Shown one piece after another: positions 24,650 through 39,033 of a DNA stretch of 64,000 nt; positions within the stretch are counted from its first letter, which is position 1; each line of letters begins with the position of its first letter. The stretch spans positions 137,702,001 through 137,766,000 of the forward strand of contig OX597814.1 of NCBI GenBank assembly GCA_951406725.2, written 5' to 3'. The position numbers were made by a program, and so were the translations under genes. This DNA is from Octopus vulgaris (lineage: Eukaryota). The notes beneath the pieces were generated by a model that saw only the letters and a list, made by a program, of their open reading frames with translations, was not told where the DNA came from and did no database searches.

Positions 24650-25730
24650 TGGCACGTAAAAAGCACCCACTACACTCACGGAGTGGTTGGCATTAGGAAG
24701 GGCATCCAGCCGTAGAAACACTGCCAGATCAGACTGGGCCTGATGCAGCCTTCTGGCTCCACAGACCCCAGTTGAACCGTCCAACCCATGCTAGCATTGA
24801 AAGCGGACACTAAATGATGATGATGATGATGATATATATATATATATATATATCAACATGTGTATATATGTTGAAATTTCAACATCCATCTGATGATATG
24901 CTCTTTGATTGATCTGATTTAAAATTAGAATTAAGGTTTCTTTAGGTATCTAGAGTGTTTTCTTGAAATGTCCCGCTCCTTAGTGCTAATAGGAGATTGG
25001 AATGATATCTTGGATGCATGCTTGGAATGTGTGGGGCTAGCTAATAGAAGAGGAGGTGCAATTTTTGAAGCTAGTAGGGTTGTCCAAAGATGATGGCAAG
25101 AGGTCTGATGGGGATTACCCTTTAGTCTTGAGCTAAAAGTAGATGCCTTATATGGGGTGTCACTGTCAGTCTCCTTTTATGTGTTACACATCCTTCATGT
25201 TGTGGTGGAGGTGAGCATTACTGCATCCATTGTTGTATAGACTGGGATATTGAAATACGTGTACCTTCCCTTCATTGGACACTGCTTGCGAAGACCTGTT
25301 GAAGCAAGTGAAATCGAAATCAAATTTGATGACTGGCTAGTGGAGCACTAAGAGCACCATCCGAGCATGATCGTTGCCAGAGTGGCTAACTGGCGTTCGT
25401 GCTGGTGGCATGTAAAAAGCACCATTCGAGCGTGATTGTTACCAGCGTCGCCTTACTGGCACTTGTGCTGGTGTGTAGATGGCACGTAAAAAAATACCAT
25501 TTAGGCATGGCTGTTGCCAGTACCACCTGAATGGCCCTCATGCCAGTGTCACGTAAAAGGACCCACTACACTCTCAGAGTGGTTGGCGTTAGGAAGGGCA
25601 TCCAGCTGTAGAAACCCTGCCAGATCAAGATTGGAGCCTTGTGCAGCCATCTGGTTCGCCAGTCCTCAGTCAAATCGTCTAACCCATACTAACATGGAAA
25701 GCGAACGTTAAACAATGATGATGATGATGA
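24650..25730 (+). mobile_element. Two (GAT)n-tailed SINE copies (24650-24833 and about 25260-25730)
   Basis: gagtggttggc.ttaggaagggcatccagc.gtagaaac...aaagcg.ac..taaa..atgatgatgatg. Confidence 0.85.
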
Positions 25731-28700
25731 ATTATTTATCATTGATGGCATTCAAGACTTTGGAGGGAGCTAGACTGATGACAAAGAAATTTTTGTCATC
25801 TTTGGTTTTCTATTTCACTGGAATATCAAGTGACACTTGCTAGGATGCTTGGCTATTTCAACACTTCAGTATCACAATCATCTGCAATAATGCTATGAAT
25901 ATTTTGGGCTCCTTCAAAAAATTTTTAGAGTTGAATACCTATATCTTACTTGTGTGATCTATAACTGAGGAGGTGTGGATCTTTCATTCCTTATTTTTTT
26001 TGCATTGTTTACTCATCTTTACAGTAAACCTAATGCCATAATTAATTCTTACGTAAGGTATTAAAGAAAGTCTTTAAATGTGTGTAAAGAAGCTACTTTA
26101 TTGGTGACTTTGTTACATTCATTGATTGCAAAAGTAATCAGCATGGGAGAATGTGATAGTTATTTTAGTTTCATTAATATAATTGTCTGAAGGTAAAATT
26201 GTGCAACGTGACAAGGATACCACCTCCTTCTGATGAAAGCAAACAAATAAAAAATTCATAAATTCTCATTGTTCTCATATATTCCAACTTCAAAGTTAAT
26301 AGTTTCTTCTTGGAAGCTTACCGAACATCTCACGTGTGACGTATAAACGTTTCATGGCCAAGGTTGACTCTCCTACGTAATCTTTATTATTATTATGGAG
26401 ATAATTTATGACATGAGAACTTCAGGACACTTACATAAACACCTGATTAAATTCTGATTTTATTGCAATATTAGTGATGGTCTTCGGTTAATCTGATAAA
26501 ATAATTGTATTATTTTTAACCTTTGCAAAAATTGACTTTACAATTCAGTAAGTTCTAGGTTCACTTTTCACTTTGACAGATTGAATTTCCTTGCAGATTC
26601 ATTTTGTTAATATGAGCATAATGTGTTTAAGATAGGTTTTTGGAATAGTTATTGCAAATAAAATGGAATTTCTTGGTTTTTTTTTTGTTTTTTTCAATAT
26701 TTTTGGTTTTATAATATTCTGCATTCTAACTCACAGGCAATTTGCATTAAAAATATTTTTCTAATAAAAAAAAATCCCTGTTTTTCAAACTTAATGCCCC
26801 CCTGCCCCCACTTGATTGTGCCATCAGAATATCTGTTAAAATTAAGATGACTTTTTTTTTTCATGCTATTTTTAATAATTTTATAATATCACACACTCTG
26901 AAACGTTTAATTGAGACTGAAAGAAATTTCTTTTAAATTCATTTTTTACAAAATATCTTGCCCTATATGACACAAAAATTAAATGATAATGAAATTATTG
27001 TATACAGTGCTCAGGTGCACCAATGTAGTAAGCTGCATGATTGCTGGAGCTGCTAAAAATATCAGACTTACAGAAGTGGATATATGAAAAACACAAAATT
27101 GGAATTTTGAAAGAAATATTTATAAAAGGATAATTTCAGCTGTTTGAAATGTGAAAAAGAATATTTTTGATTTTCTTTTCTAAAGAATGGTAATTTTGAG
27201 TGTTTGACAAACATTAATACTGAGAATACTTGAAAGGCATTGATGAAGGGGTAAGATGGGTTAACATTTAAAAAATATAGAGTTTTGAAAAAATGATGAA
27301 AAATACCGCTAAAAAATAATTCATTATTAATCACAACAGTTATTCTGAGGTGAAGGTTAAGAAGTTTGAAAAACATGGATTTGTTAAAGATATATTTGAA
27401 ATGTGAGTTACATGTATTTTAGAAGGTGGGATATTATAAAATGCTGAAAAATATCAATAAGAAAAAAAATAACCCAAATTCTATTTTACTCATGACGAAA
27501 CACAAAAAATGACAGCAGGGTGTGATTTGAGGAAGATATGGCTGATGTGTCTTCCATTTCAAGTATCTACCTAGAAATTCCCTCATTTGCAACTTGGTAT
27601 ATAACCTCTAACTCATTGATTATAAAAGTAATATGTATATTAAAAAACGTGACAGTTTCAGCTTCGTTAACATTATTCTTTGTGTAACGTGACAAAGAAA
27701 CTAATTCCCTGAGAATGTTTATAATTTGTTATTTTTGTTTCTCATTGAAAGCCAAAGCCCCCAGTAACATATCACGTGTGGCATATAAACGTTTCATTGC
27801 CAAGGTCTGCTCTCCTACCTACGTAATCTTTATTATTATGGAAATAACCTGTGACAGTGAGAAGATAATAATGAATTAATTAAATACTGGCTTGACTGCC
27901 TGCCATACTATTTTGCTCCTTAACTTTTGCGTTGTCCTATGTGTGTTGTGGGGGGGAGCTTTTAGAGGGAGATGGGGTGAGGGACTGTGTGTATGTATGT
28001 GTGAATGACTGATAGTTGTGTGTACTGTGTTGGCAATAATATAGGGCAGTGGGTTCCCAAATTGACAAATGAATTTCTTTTGCTTCCCACCTTTTCATTT
28101 ATGAGAAGACAAGATAGAATTTGCATCTATATAATTCTTCTTTCAATGCTATGGTATTAGGACTCTTGTTATAATATTTCTACTGAAATACACTAACTTT
28201 GCTTCAATTAGTTTTGAAATAATGAAGAATTTAGTAAAATAACTTTTATCATTATTGAGCTGGTGTTTAGTTCATGGATCTGTTCCATCTCATGCACAGA
28301 TTTTTTAATTAATTTTTATGGAACAGATCCTTCATAAATGAACAGGAAATTTTGATGGAAGGTTTTAATTTAGTTCACTTTCAAACAAAAAGTTTTTATT
28401 ATAGAACCAGGAACAATCTGATGTGGATTGGTAACAAATGTATTAAAACTATCTTAAATTTATTAATATGGCCCCTCCCCTTTCAATCCTTTCAACTTCT
28501 CTGATATACATTACTACAGATAGCTAATATTAGTTTCAGATTTTGGCACAAGGGCTGCAATTTCCAGAGTTTGGGTAAATTGATTATATTGATCTCACTG
28601 CTCAGTTGGTACTTATTGTATCGACCCCAAAAGGATGAAAGGCAAAGTTGACCTTTGAAAGAAGGTTGAAATACCACAAAGCATTTTGCCTGGCATGCTA

Positions 28701-30364
28701 ATGCTTCTGCTTGCTTTCCACCTTTTGATGTGATGAACTATTAGTTGGAGTAGCTGTCAGTTCACCTGTTGTCAGAATTCCATACTTAAATCAGGTAATC
28801 TGGGCTCTCCTGTATCATTGCTTCTCTATTGCATGTTGGTACAAGGAGGCAGTTGATTAAATTAACTTCTGGAATGATGACTATGAAAAACAGAGTTGAT
28901 CCTAGCATGATTTGAACACAGAGCATCAAGAGCTACAACAAAAAGTACTTTTGCTAATCCACCCACCTTTGACGTGATAAAAAAAAAATATATATATTCT
29001 TAAAGTTATAAGTTGTACCCTTAAGGAAAATTTGTTTTAGTGCTTAGTAATTTCTGACACATTTTTTCACATTACCTCAATGAATACTTCCTGTCAGGGT
29101 ACATTTGGTAGATTAAAACAAAAGAAGTGTCAAATGACCTAAGTAGAAAATGAATCCCTGTTTTCACTGAAGGGGATGATGTCATAATTTAAAAGCATAT
29201 GTATTTATCTCATGGTTGGAATTGTGTAATATTGCAGTCAAACCAGTATTTATTTTTCATTGTTTTTAACTTCTCATACCACAGGTTATTACCATATCAA
29301 TAATGATTATGCAAGAGCTGAACCTGACCATGAAACGTGTATAAATGACATGTGATTCCATTGTCTGCTTCACTATTTCTCATGAGCACTTCTTTTGGGT
29401 TGCAAGGCATTTCGGCTCTGCTTTTCTGTTATCACAATGAAAGGCTGTTAAAACCAGCTCTCAGCACAAATAAGTTCAGGGGTGAAAATTTACATGTTTA
29501 GGGATCTTTGTAGGCAAAGGACATGTTCCATAGCAGGTTTGCCTAAAATAAATATAAAATAGCAAAAGAAATAAAAAATATGTTTGGTAAATTATTTGTG
29601 TGTGTGTGTATTCTAACATATTAAATTATAGTTAACTAATGTAAGAAATTGTTGCCAGATTACTTGTTAAGCAGTATTGAGTCTAGCATGATTGATATTT
29701 GGAAACCCTTTTTGACTTGTTTATTAAGATACTACTCAAACTATGGCTTGTGCACAAAAGAGCTTATACCCAAAATCTTGTTTTTGAAAATGTAGGATCC
29801 AAAAAAGCCATAGGCAAAATCTGCTTAATACCTATAATTAAGACTTCAAAGGTCCCATTTAGTGAAATATGATTATGATGATCTGAAAAGTATTAGCTCA
29901 TGTGTTTTTCAAGCACACTGTAATGTTTTTATATGCTATCATTTACTGGAATGTTCTAAAACAAATTACATATTCTAGACAGTTTATGTTCCACCAAATC
30001 ACAAGTTAAAAAACAAACCTAAGGAGATTAATGAATACATTAAAATATAATTATATTATGTTACTGTTTAATACTATTATTAAATTGCTGTTCAACCCAT
30101 AAATTTAAAACATAAATCCTATATTATTTATTTCTCAGGGTTTGTTTATTCTTCTTACAACCTTTCATTACCATTTTTGTTTCTTTTTAATGAAAAATTA
30201 GAAAGAAGAGAAGGGTATGTCACAAAGACTGTGTAGCCCTCTTGGGTCAGAGTGTAATCTGGTCTTGGTATGGGTTTTGTTAGCAAGAGAGAGAGAGAGA
30301 GAGATTAATATAATACAAGAACATATGGAAGATGAAGGAGATCCACAGTAATAGTTTGTGGATA

Positions 30365-30572
30365 TTAACACTTTAGCATTTAAACTGGCCATATTTGGCC
30401 AAAATATTATTCCTGTTTTATATTCAAACTGATCAGATTCAGCCTCTTACACCTACCCTACAATGTCATACTAAAAGTAAACAATCACATCACTGAAATC
30501 TCAAAGCTACACGATAATGCATGATGAATTAAAAACAATGCGATAGTGTAATCTAAATGCAAAAGGGTTAAA
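30365..30572 (-). mobile_element. TTAA-flanked piggyBac-like MITE
   Basis: ttaacactttagcatttaaactggcc...aaatgcaaaagggttaa. Confidence 0.75.
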
Positions 30573-31369
30573 CACTTCATGAATTTTTTTAAAGAAAGTT
30601 TGTGAATATTAAACACTTTGATATGGGCTTTTTAGCTAGTGAGTAAGAGAGAGGGGGGAAAGTATGGTGACAATTTGATATATGGATATGTTTTCAGTTA
30701 TGGTATTACAGTTTGCATTCGCCAAATTTTAAAGAACAGAATTGATTATATTAATAGGTAGTAAAAGAAGTAAAGAAGATCTAATTAATATGAAGGAGGT
30801 TGATGTGGAGAGATTTAAAACTGCTTAAATAAAACATACTAATGAGATGAATAGCCTTCTTTTGAAGGAAGTCTAGGATACTAATGATTAAAAAAGCTGT
30901 GTTATTTCTAATGTAGGAACATTCATTTATAATCACATAGAGAAAACTAAAATAGAGATTTCTGGAAATTTAAGTCTTAGAATGAGTAATGGAGGAAAAC
31001 CTTTGACTGGGAGTTTTTTTTTTTACAAGAACTGGGTGTATGGTGTGGAGCTCTCAATATAATATTTGAGTTTTAAACTTTACAGGATTGTCTGCTCCCA
31101 AGTTGTCTTAAATGGCTTTTTAACCAGAAGTACTAATGTAATAGTTTGATATATAATGAAGAGGGATGGAGTGATATGATATCATCATCTGGCATAAAAT
31201 TGAGTAGCATTAACAGATTAATTGATAAATAGAAAGTAAATTAATGGGCTGATGATAGATTTTAGAGTGTTTGCATACGATTTAAAATGGTAACAAATTA
31301 AAATTAGGATTTCAATTCAGATAAGTATAAATTAGATAGGATGAAAATAGATAAATTTTACAAGACTTC

Positions 31370-31513
31370 TGTGTGGTAAGAAGTTTGCTTCTTGACCATA
31401 TGGTTCCAGGTTCAGTTCCTCTGTGTGGTACCTTGGGCAAGTGCCTTCTGTTATAGCCCTAAGGCCAACCAAAGCCTTGTGAGTGGATTTGGTTGGCAGA
31501 AACTGAAAAAAAC

Positions 31514-31554
<41 letters not shown>

Positions 31555-31800
31555 TAAATTAGAGATAAAACCACTATTAGGCAAATCAAACAAATATATA
31601 TATATATATATATGACAACTGGTGTTGGTTTGTTTATATCCTTGCAACTTAGTGATATGGTAAAAGAAACCAATAGATTAAGTACCAGGATTTTAAAATA
31701 AGTACTGGGGTTGATTCATTTGGTTAAAACCCTTCAAGGTGTTGCCCTAGCATGGCCACAGTCCAGTGACTGAATCAAGTAAAATTTAAATGATAAAAGA
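31370..31800 (+). mobile_element. SINE copies separated by (TA)n
   Basis: gtgtggtaagaagtttgct...accttgggcaagtg...gagtggatttgg, followed by a second family fragment (agtactggggttgattcatt...catggccacagtcc). Confidence 0.8.
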
Positions 31801-33829
31801 AAGATATATGACAGGGATTTACAAAGCTACATTGATCTCTGTATTAATTCATCTCTGTATCAGTATTGTTGATTAATTTTCGATAAATACCTAGTAATCT
31901 TTTAGTTATTAAAAGCATCAATAAATTTTTAACAGCAAAAATAAAAAAAAAAGTAGATGCATTAATATAGAAATTGAAGAAAGTAACAAGTTTCCCTTAA
32001 ATATTTTTATGAGCTGAGATCAAACAGAAACTTTCCATTTTAAACCTTGGTGCAAGAATTTGGTTGTTTTTATTACGTATGTCCTAGTTGTTTTGCACTC
32101 ATATTATGTTAAATAATAAAATTTTGTCTTTTTAATGATTAATTAGTCTTAAGTACACATTTTATTAATTAACTGTATTAAAAATGATCACCTTGGTTTT
32201 AATAGGTTATTAAAAAAACAACAACATAAAATCCAATTAAATAATCAAGTTCAAGACTATGTTATAATTCGGTGAAATCAAGTGTTTATTCTGTAAAAGA
32301 ATAATGAAAGTAGAAGCAAAATTCTCTAAACTGAGAACGTGACTCTCTTGACATGTGACTTTCAGCTACATTTTAGACACGAGTTACATATCACACTTGC
32401 TTCATATATGCAACACATAAAAGTTTATGATATACAAATTGCACTATGTAACCCTGCTATTGTTTTAATCTGTTAATTAGTATCAATTTCTCTATATATT
32501 CTTGGTTATGTATCTGCCTGGGAAAATTCAGTTTCAAGTTCACTGCTCCAATTACTAAAACAGTATGTGAATTTCTCACTCATTACTATAAGACAATAAG
32601 ATTGTTCATGCTTTTTGAGAACGATAATATATTTTTAGAGTTTTTTAATTATTCATCTCTTTGTTTGTTCATTAGAAAATTATTTACTCTAGCTTCTTTT
32701 GTTCTCACTTTTAATTACCATAATTATTTCTTCTACTTATATATGACTTTCAAATTAGATTCTGTTCACATTCACAACTTTGCTGTCTGATGTTTAACAC
32801 CACAAATTCTTATTCCAAACTTGAAGGATATTTTTTCCAACGTTCACCATAAATCATGGAAGTAGTAACTGATTTCTTATCCCGACATGGTAAAATACAA
32901 ATCTTGTGTCATTTTTACTAATCTGTTTTATTAGTCATAACATATTGATGGACATTTATCTTTCATTATTGAATTGTAATTTTCATTTTCTGTTACTGTT
33001 TTTCTTTAACCTTTGACTGTGGAAATCAAATATATTCACTCAGAATTTCATTTTCCTTAACTGCAGAAAGCAGTTCAGAGATATCAACATAAAATTTCAT
33101 TATCATTAACTGCAGAATGCAATTTTAGAAACTAGTATATCTTTTGTTGCGGAATGTCATCTTTGAAACTATTTTCCATTGAGATATGTCAAGTTTATTG
33201 AGGCAAAGTGACTTGCAAAAGATACCAATTTTATTTTTTGGTAGATATTTAACATCATTACAGGATGAAACAATCTGATAGGGACTGCAGAAAATAGACT
33301 TTATATTATGAATAAGAAATTGTTATCTAGTAATATTTCATAGTAGCATGCTCAACTATTTTAATTAGACGTCTACACTATTAAAATAATTATGTTTGCA
33401 GTTATAAATGCTTGAATATTTCTTAATGTCATCATACTAGAAACATGTTAAATTAGGTTAACTAATGAATCAAAGCATCATTATAAATCCATTTGAAATA
33501 CTATTTATGTAATATCTAAGTGAATATTATTTCAGATATTAAATAAAAAAGACTTCATTGCAATTTTGTTTTTATCTTATCTTTTACTCATAGATTAAGA
33601 GCTTCATCCAGTTCAAGCATTCTAAAATTCTATCTCCCAAATACTTCTTTTCAAATCTGTCACTTTGATGTATATTCATTTCACTTTATTATCAACATGA
33701 TAACTCAGTTCTGTGGAACTTTGTTATTCTCGTGGGGGTAGTTGAAACTATTAACAACTTAGGCAATTACCTGAAGTGCCATGTCATGTGTATGTGATCC
33801 TCCAAATAAAAGGAGAAAATTGTCTTGCC

Positions 33830-34190
33830 TTGCTTATTCCCATCTTCATTGGTGAGGGTTGGGAATTATGGATGCATGTACCATTTCTTTCCATTGATTC
33901 CTCTCTCTGGCCATGGTTGTGCATTCAGCCAGAAGTTTTCCTGTCCATTCTTTGATGTCATCCTGCGAGTGTCTTCTCAGTCTCCCCTCCTTTCATTTTT
34001 CATTTGCTCCTCTCTCTGGGATATGAGGACCGAAGTTCTGGGCATTGATAACATACCTAAAATACTGCAGCTTTCTCTTCAAGACAGCTGCAAAAAATTA
34101 TCTTTCGTTTTCTATTTCCTCTAGTACTGACTTGTTTGTTCGATAGTCAGTCCAGTTGATCCTCAGTACTCTTTGGTACATTGTTGTTTC
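33830..34190 (-). mobile_element. RTE LINE 3'-end fragment
   Basis: Minus strand reads LKRKLQYFRYV...GRLRRHSQDDIKEWTG, the typical RTE C-terminal pattern (RKL.YFGH...GRP...W.DDIKEWTG). Confidence 0.7.
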
Positions 34191-34745
34191 AAATAATCTG
34201 AGTTGAAATAATAAAAATGTAAAAATTCTTTGAATGGAGTCAAGCTTATTTTAACACGTTTCAAAGGAGATCAGGAGTGGAAGGTGAGGGATAGAGATTG
34301 TCTTAGTTAAATATAAGGAAATCCATCTTGTTTTAAGCAATAAGGAATTTTCCTTTCTCCTAGCAAGTTAACTACTCATGGTTTGAGGCAACAGCTTCAA
34401 AGAATTACATTTAGTTGTGAGATCCAAGAAAAGTAAAAAGCAATATCTTTGGTAGTGAATCATGAAATCGAAGAAATTAAACTGATAAGCTATGGTTGGT
34501 AAACTCAAAAAGTTATGCCCTGTGACCAAATAGGATATGATAAATTTAAACTTGTGGATAAGTTGGCAGCATTTTATAGCTATATTTGTCTTTCTGTAAA
34601 TGTGGGCTGTCTGATGATTTGTCAGCTCTCAGAGCCAGCAGCACTTGGAATAGGTAGCATAGCATGCCAAAATGCAAGAGAATTATTGTAAAATTTAAGT
34701 GTTTATATTGATGTTCTTTAAATTATTTTGCAGTCATTAGATATG

Positions 34746-34790
<45 letters not shown>

Positions 34791-37700
34791 TAAGTGTATT
34801 ACTATAAATGTGTTGAAATTTGAAATGTAATTGTGTCAGTTAAATATAGTTTGAAAAGAGATTAAAGTGATATCAACAAAAGTATTATCAGTAAATGCTG
34901 TAATTTTGTGAAAATTATTTTGAAATTTTGAGCATATATGAGATTATATTCAATGCAACTTAGAAGATTTGGATTTATTATTAAAGAGCCAATTGAAAGT
35001 TGAAAGAAGTAGGATATGGAATAGTTAATTACCAAAGATATTTTATTAAAAATCTTCATGAATATGAAATATGGTTCTGTGTCTACACTAATTGATATTG
35101 TCATTGAAGACATTTGTCTATGTTGCCAATGAAGATGTTCTAGTAGTTGATTTTATTTTTAATAGTTAAAAAAAAAATGGGGTCAAGAAATAACCTTGAA
35201 GCTACTCCGCCTTTCTTTCTAAAGTTTGTTATTTAAAGCATTGACTTGATCTGTGTGTATGTCTGTTAAGGCTGTGTTTAATCTTGGAGACGATGAAAGT
35301 TGAATGGAAATGTCATAAATAAAGCAGAAGGCCAAATCTCTTTCAGCTATGCTGTGCCTTTGTTATTGGGAAGGTCTTCCTTTTAAAACACACAAACACA
35401 CATACACATACCCTATCACAAATCCAGCCTAAACTAAACCCTGTTACTACAGAAGTAATCTTCTTGTAACCCTCTATCTGGCACTCTAACAAAAGGTTCC
35501 TTTTCCAAAGAGCTATGTTTGCTGCTTGCTTTAATAATATCTCTGTGTCAACAGTGGTGGCCTATGATGACAAGGTTCCGAAAATCGAAATAGCCGAGAC
35601 TCCATTGTGTTTATTTACATTTTACAAGTAATAATTTTTTTGGTTTTATTTTTTAAAATATTCCGTCTAACTTCAGTTACATTTTCTGGCCAAAACTGTT
35701 TATAACCTTGAACAGAAATAAGTTAAATAAACACGGCATTTTTTTCATCCCTTTTTTCCCTCTCTCTTACTATTTTTGATTACAATACTTGTAAGTCATT
35801 GCTTCAATCAGTTCCTGATTTGGAATAGCAGACATGAAACCAATTGTCTTTTGTCTCAGTAAGTTGATGACATTTACAGATAAAACCCATTTCTTACCTA
35901 TTTTTCTTTTGCAATAATGACTTACTGCACTAATTATTATTTTCTTTATCAATTCTTCCTTAATTTTCATCTCTTTCAAGCATTTATATATATATATATA
36001 TACACACACACATATATATGTATACATTTAGTGTTATAGCTTGGGAAAAAGAGTATTCAGTGTCATTGTAGAGATTATTAATATATTTTATTTTGGTAGA
36101 GTTAGTCCCTTGCTACCTCTGAAATTAGTTTCATCTATGGGTGCACAAGATCTTCAGTTATGTCATAAGTTGCCCGAAGATCCGATGCATTCACAAGTAA
36201 AACTCAGAGTAGCAGGAGACTGACTTGACCAAAATGAAATATATATTTAGCTTTCATTTATAGAAAATTTTGCAAAATTACGTAATTTCTCTGGAGTTGT
36301 GGTTTCCTGTTTTTCTTCTTATCATTTTGCAAATATATTTTGCCATGTGTTTTAATAATGTTTGCTAATTACAATAATGAATGCTGCTGTCTTAGACCTT
36401 TATCTGTAACATTCTATACTAGCTACTGTGACAATTTCATATTACATGTGAAAAATTACATAAACATTATGGTTATTTTTGTTTTTAAATTACCGTGCTG
36501 ATTCGATGTTTATTACTAATGGTAGGAGATATCAGCAATGATATGTTTATTAGTAATTGTAGACCCAGACATTCTCATTAGGATAAGCAGCTTCTTCTTT
36601 AGTCATTCCTCTGTAATATATTAAGTACATAATTCTTTTTTGACCCCATGCCAAACTCAGACACTTATAATTATAATTATATATCTTTCTTCTTCATTTT
36701 TTTTTATTTCTTTCAATCATACACTCAGAGATATCATCACATTCTATGCTTATTTCTCTTTCTGATTGGCTTTGGTGAGCATAGATATTAAATTTCATCG
36801 AACTGATTAATCTTATTTGCAAAAGCAACATGGCTCAGTCATCGGGTATTACTCAGACTTTTGGAATAGTACAGCTGTTTCAGTCATCAAAGTATTAAAA
36901 TGCTTCTTTGGAAAATAACCATCTGTATGAAATGATAATTTTCTACCACTAACTCTATATCATTCTTAACCCATTTTTAAGCCGTCCCCTTAAACTTGAT
37001 TCTTCCATCTCTCTTACTCAAGTAGGTCTATCATATTACCTTCTTACAAACTGAAACTGAAATGTGTTAGCCTAAAACCCATACTTTTTGGGCATAAATT
37101 TCATCCTTCAGATAATCCTTTCACGGGCAAGCTTTTTCATCAATCTTTTGTATTAAATTATGGAGTTCTACATGTCTAGCAAGTGACTTGATTTGAGACC
37201 ATCTGTTGAAACTGAAGCAAGTGCATCATAGAAGAACCAGTTTAGCCATCTAAAAACTCACAAAAACTGTTAAATTCACATTACATTTATATCTCATAAT
37301 TGCTAAGGTGCAATGGAATTGTGTTAGTGATCATGTTGCAGTAGTGTAATGAATATTTTGACACCTCAAAAAGTAAATGAAAAAGTGAATTTAAATAGTC
37401 TCTTATGGGTCCTTAAATGGTCGAGATTGCAGTTCTTCCATGTTGTAATTGCTGTTGAATTTAACTTATATTCTACTATACAACTATCTGTCTTTTGCTT
37501 GAGTGAGGTCATGAGAGTAGGGGTTCTCAACCATTTATGTATGGACTCCTTTGATTACTATTTTACTCTGGTGAACCCCCATAACCATTCTATGTTTGAA
37601 AACTAGTTTTATAGAAACTGCTTTCAATATTCCTATTTTGTTTTTCACACATTTACCCGTGTAGGTTGAATTATGTAAAATGTTAGAGAAAGAAACCGGG

Positions 37701-39033
37701 CTGTTTCTTGCAATATATGCCAATATATACAGCTAAAGCAAAATGTTTCCAGAAGCCTTTAAAATACTATTGTGGATCCCCAATTTACTATTTTGTTGCA
37801 TACCCCCCCCCCAATCTTATATGGTGCATCATGGGCCATTGTTGAAGACACTTGCCCAAGATGCTGCACAATAGGACTGATCCTAAACCCATGTGGTGGT
37901 TGGAAGGTAAACTTCTTACCAGACAGCTAAATATAATGGCCATCATTCTGTTTGGTATTTGTTTATTGCTAGGTATTGTTATTTTTATGTTCATCTTTCT
38001 TGAGAGGATTATACTGTGGCTGCAGGTAAGCTGGAGGAAACAAATGAAAGCAAACACAAAATCTGGCAATATGCCTTGAACTTTTGTTGAATTTATTTGT
38101 TTTGAGACTGGCTCAAAGTGTTGAAAGGATAAGATAAATCCAGTAGAGAGACATTAGGGAGTAACAAGGTGTTAAATATACACAACACAAATCACAGTTT
38201 TGGGAAATGTTAATGCACTATTCAAGTTAGCTCTTTGTGAGGGAGGAAACTATTTTGGCATAGGGTTTAGTATAATTCTATGTCAAACAATCTGCTTTTC
38301 AGATAAATTGCCCTTTTTAATAGTTTAACAAATAGCTTAACAACATTGTATTACTTTTACACATACCTTATCTATTATTGTTTTTTTTTTTTTTTTTATT
38401 GAATTTAACTTAGGAAATAAAAAATTTATTTCTGTCTAAATTGTTGACTTCATCTTCATCATCACTATTTAACATTCATGTTCCATAATGGTATAGGTTG
38501 GATGGTTTGTCAGCAATTGATGTGTCCAAAGATCACATTGTGCTCCGCTTTCTGTATTAGCATAAGTTCTACAGCTGGATGCCCTCCCTAATACTAACTT
38601 TACACTTTACAGCATGTATTAGATGCTTTATCATGTCACTGGTACTAGTAAGGTTGCCATGCAGCTTGCTAGAGTACAAAATTCCTGGTAGGATGAGTGG
38701 GGGTTGGCAGAATTCATGCAAGAAGATGAGGTTAAGGCATCTATATACTTTTAAAGATGCTATGGTAGACTTCAACTGCAACTTTAAATTGTAGATCTAA
38801 AATTTAAGAGGCTGATTTATCACATTGTTTTATAATTTGGGAGGATTTTATATAATTTCTTATATAAATGGTAGGTAATCAAGATAAAAATATCCATCAT
38901 TAATTTTAAATAAATGAATACATGTATTTTTTCATATTTGGACTTTAGATTATGTTTCATTGAATTTGTTTAAGTTTTTGTCATTAAGACATTTTCTTTT
39001 TAAGTTATTGTGTTTTTTTAAAATATATTTTAG

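Noticed and set aside
24880-25260. Possible Penelope-like RT remnant on the minus strand (also 60100-60570)
   Set aside because: Too decayed to support by eye; needs a translated profile search.
29286-29350. Possible extra coding exon after cag| (YYHINNDYARAEPDHET)
   Set aside because: No good donor before an in-frame stop and no homology support.
36110-36160. Minus-strand CTGAAGA...GAAAC hammerhead candidate
   Set aside because: No stem I pairing and a poor stem III; probably chance.
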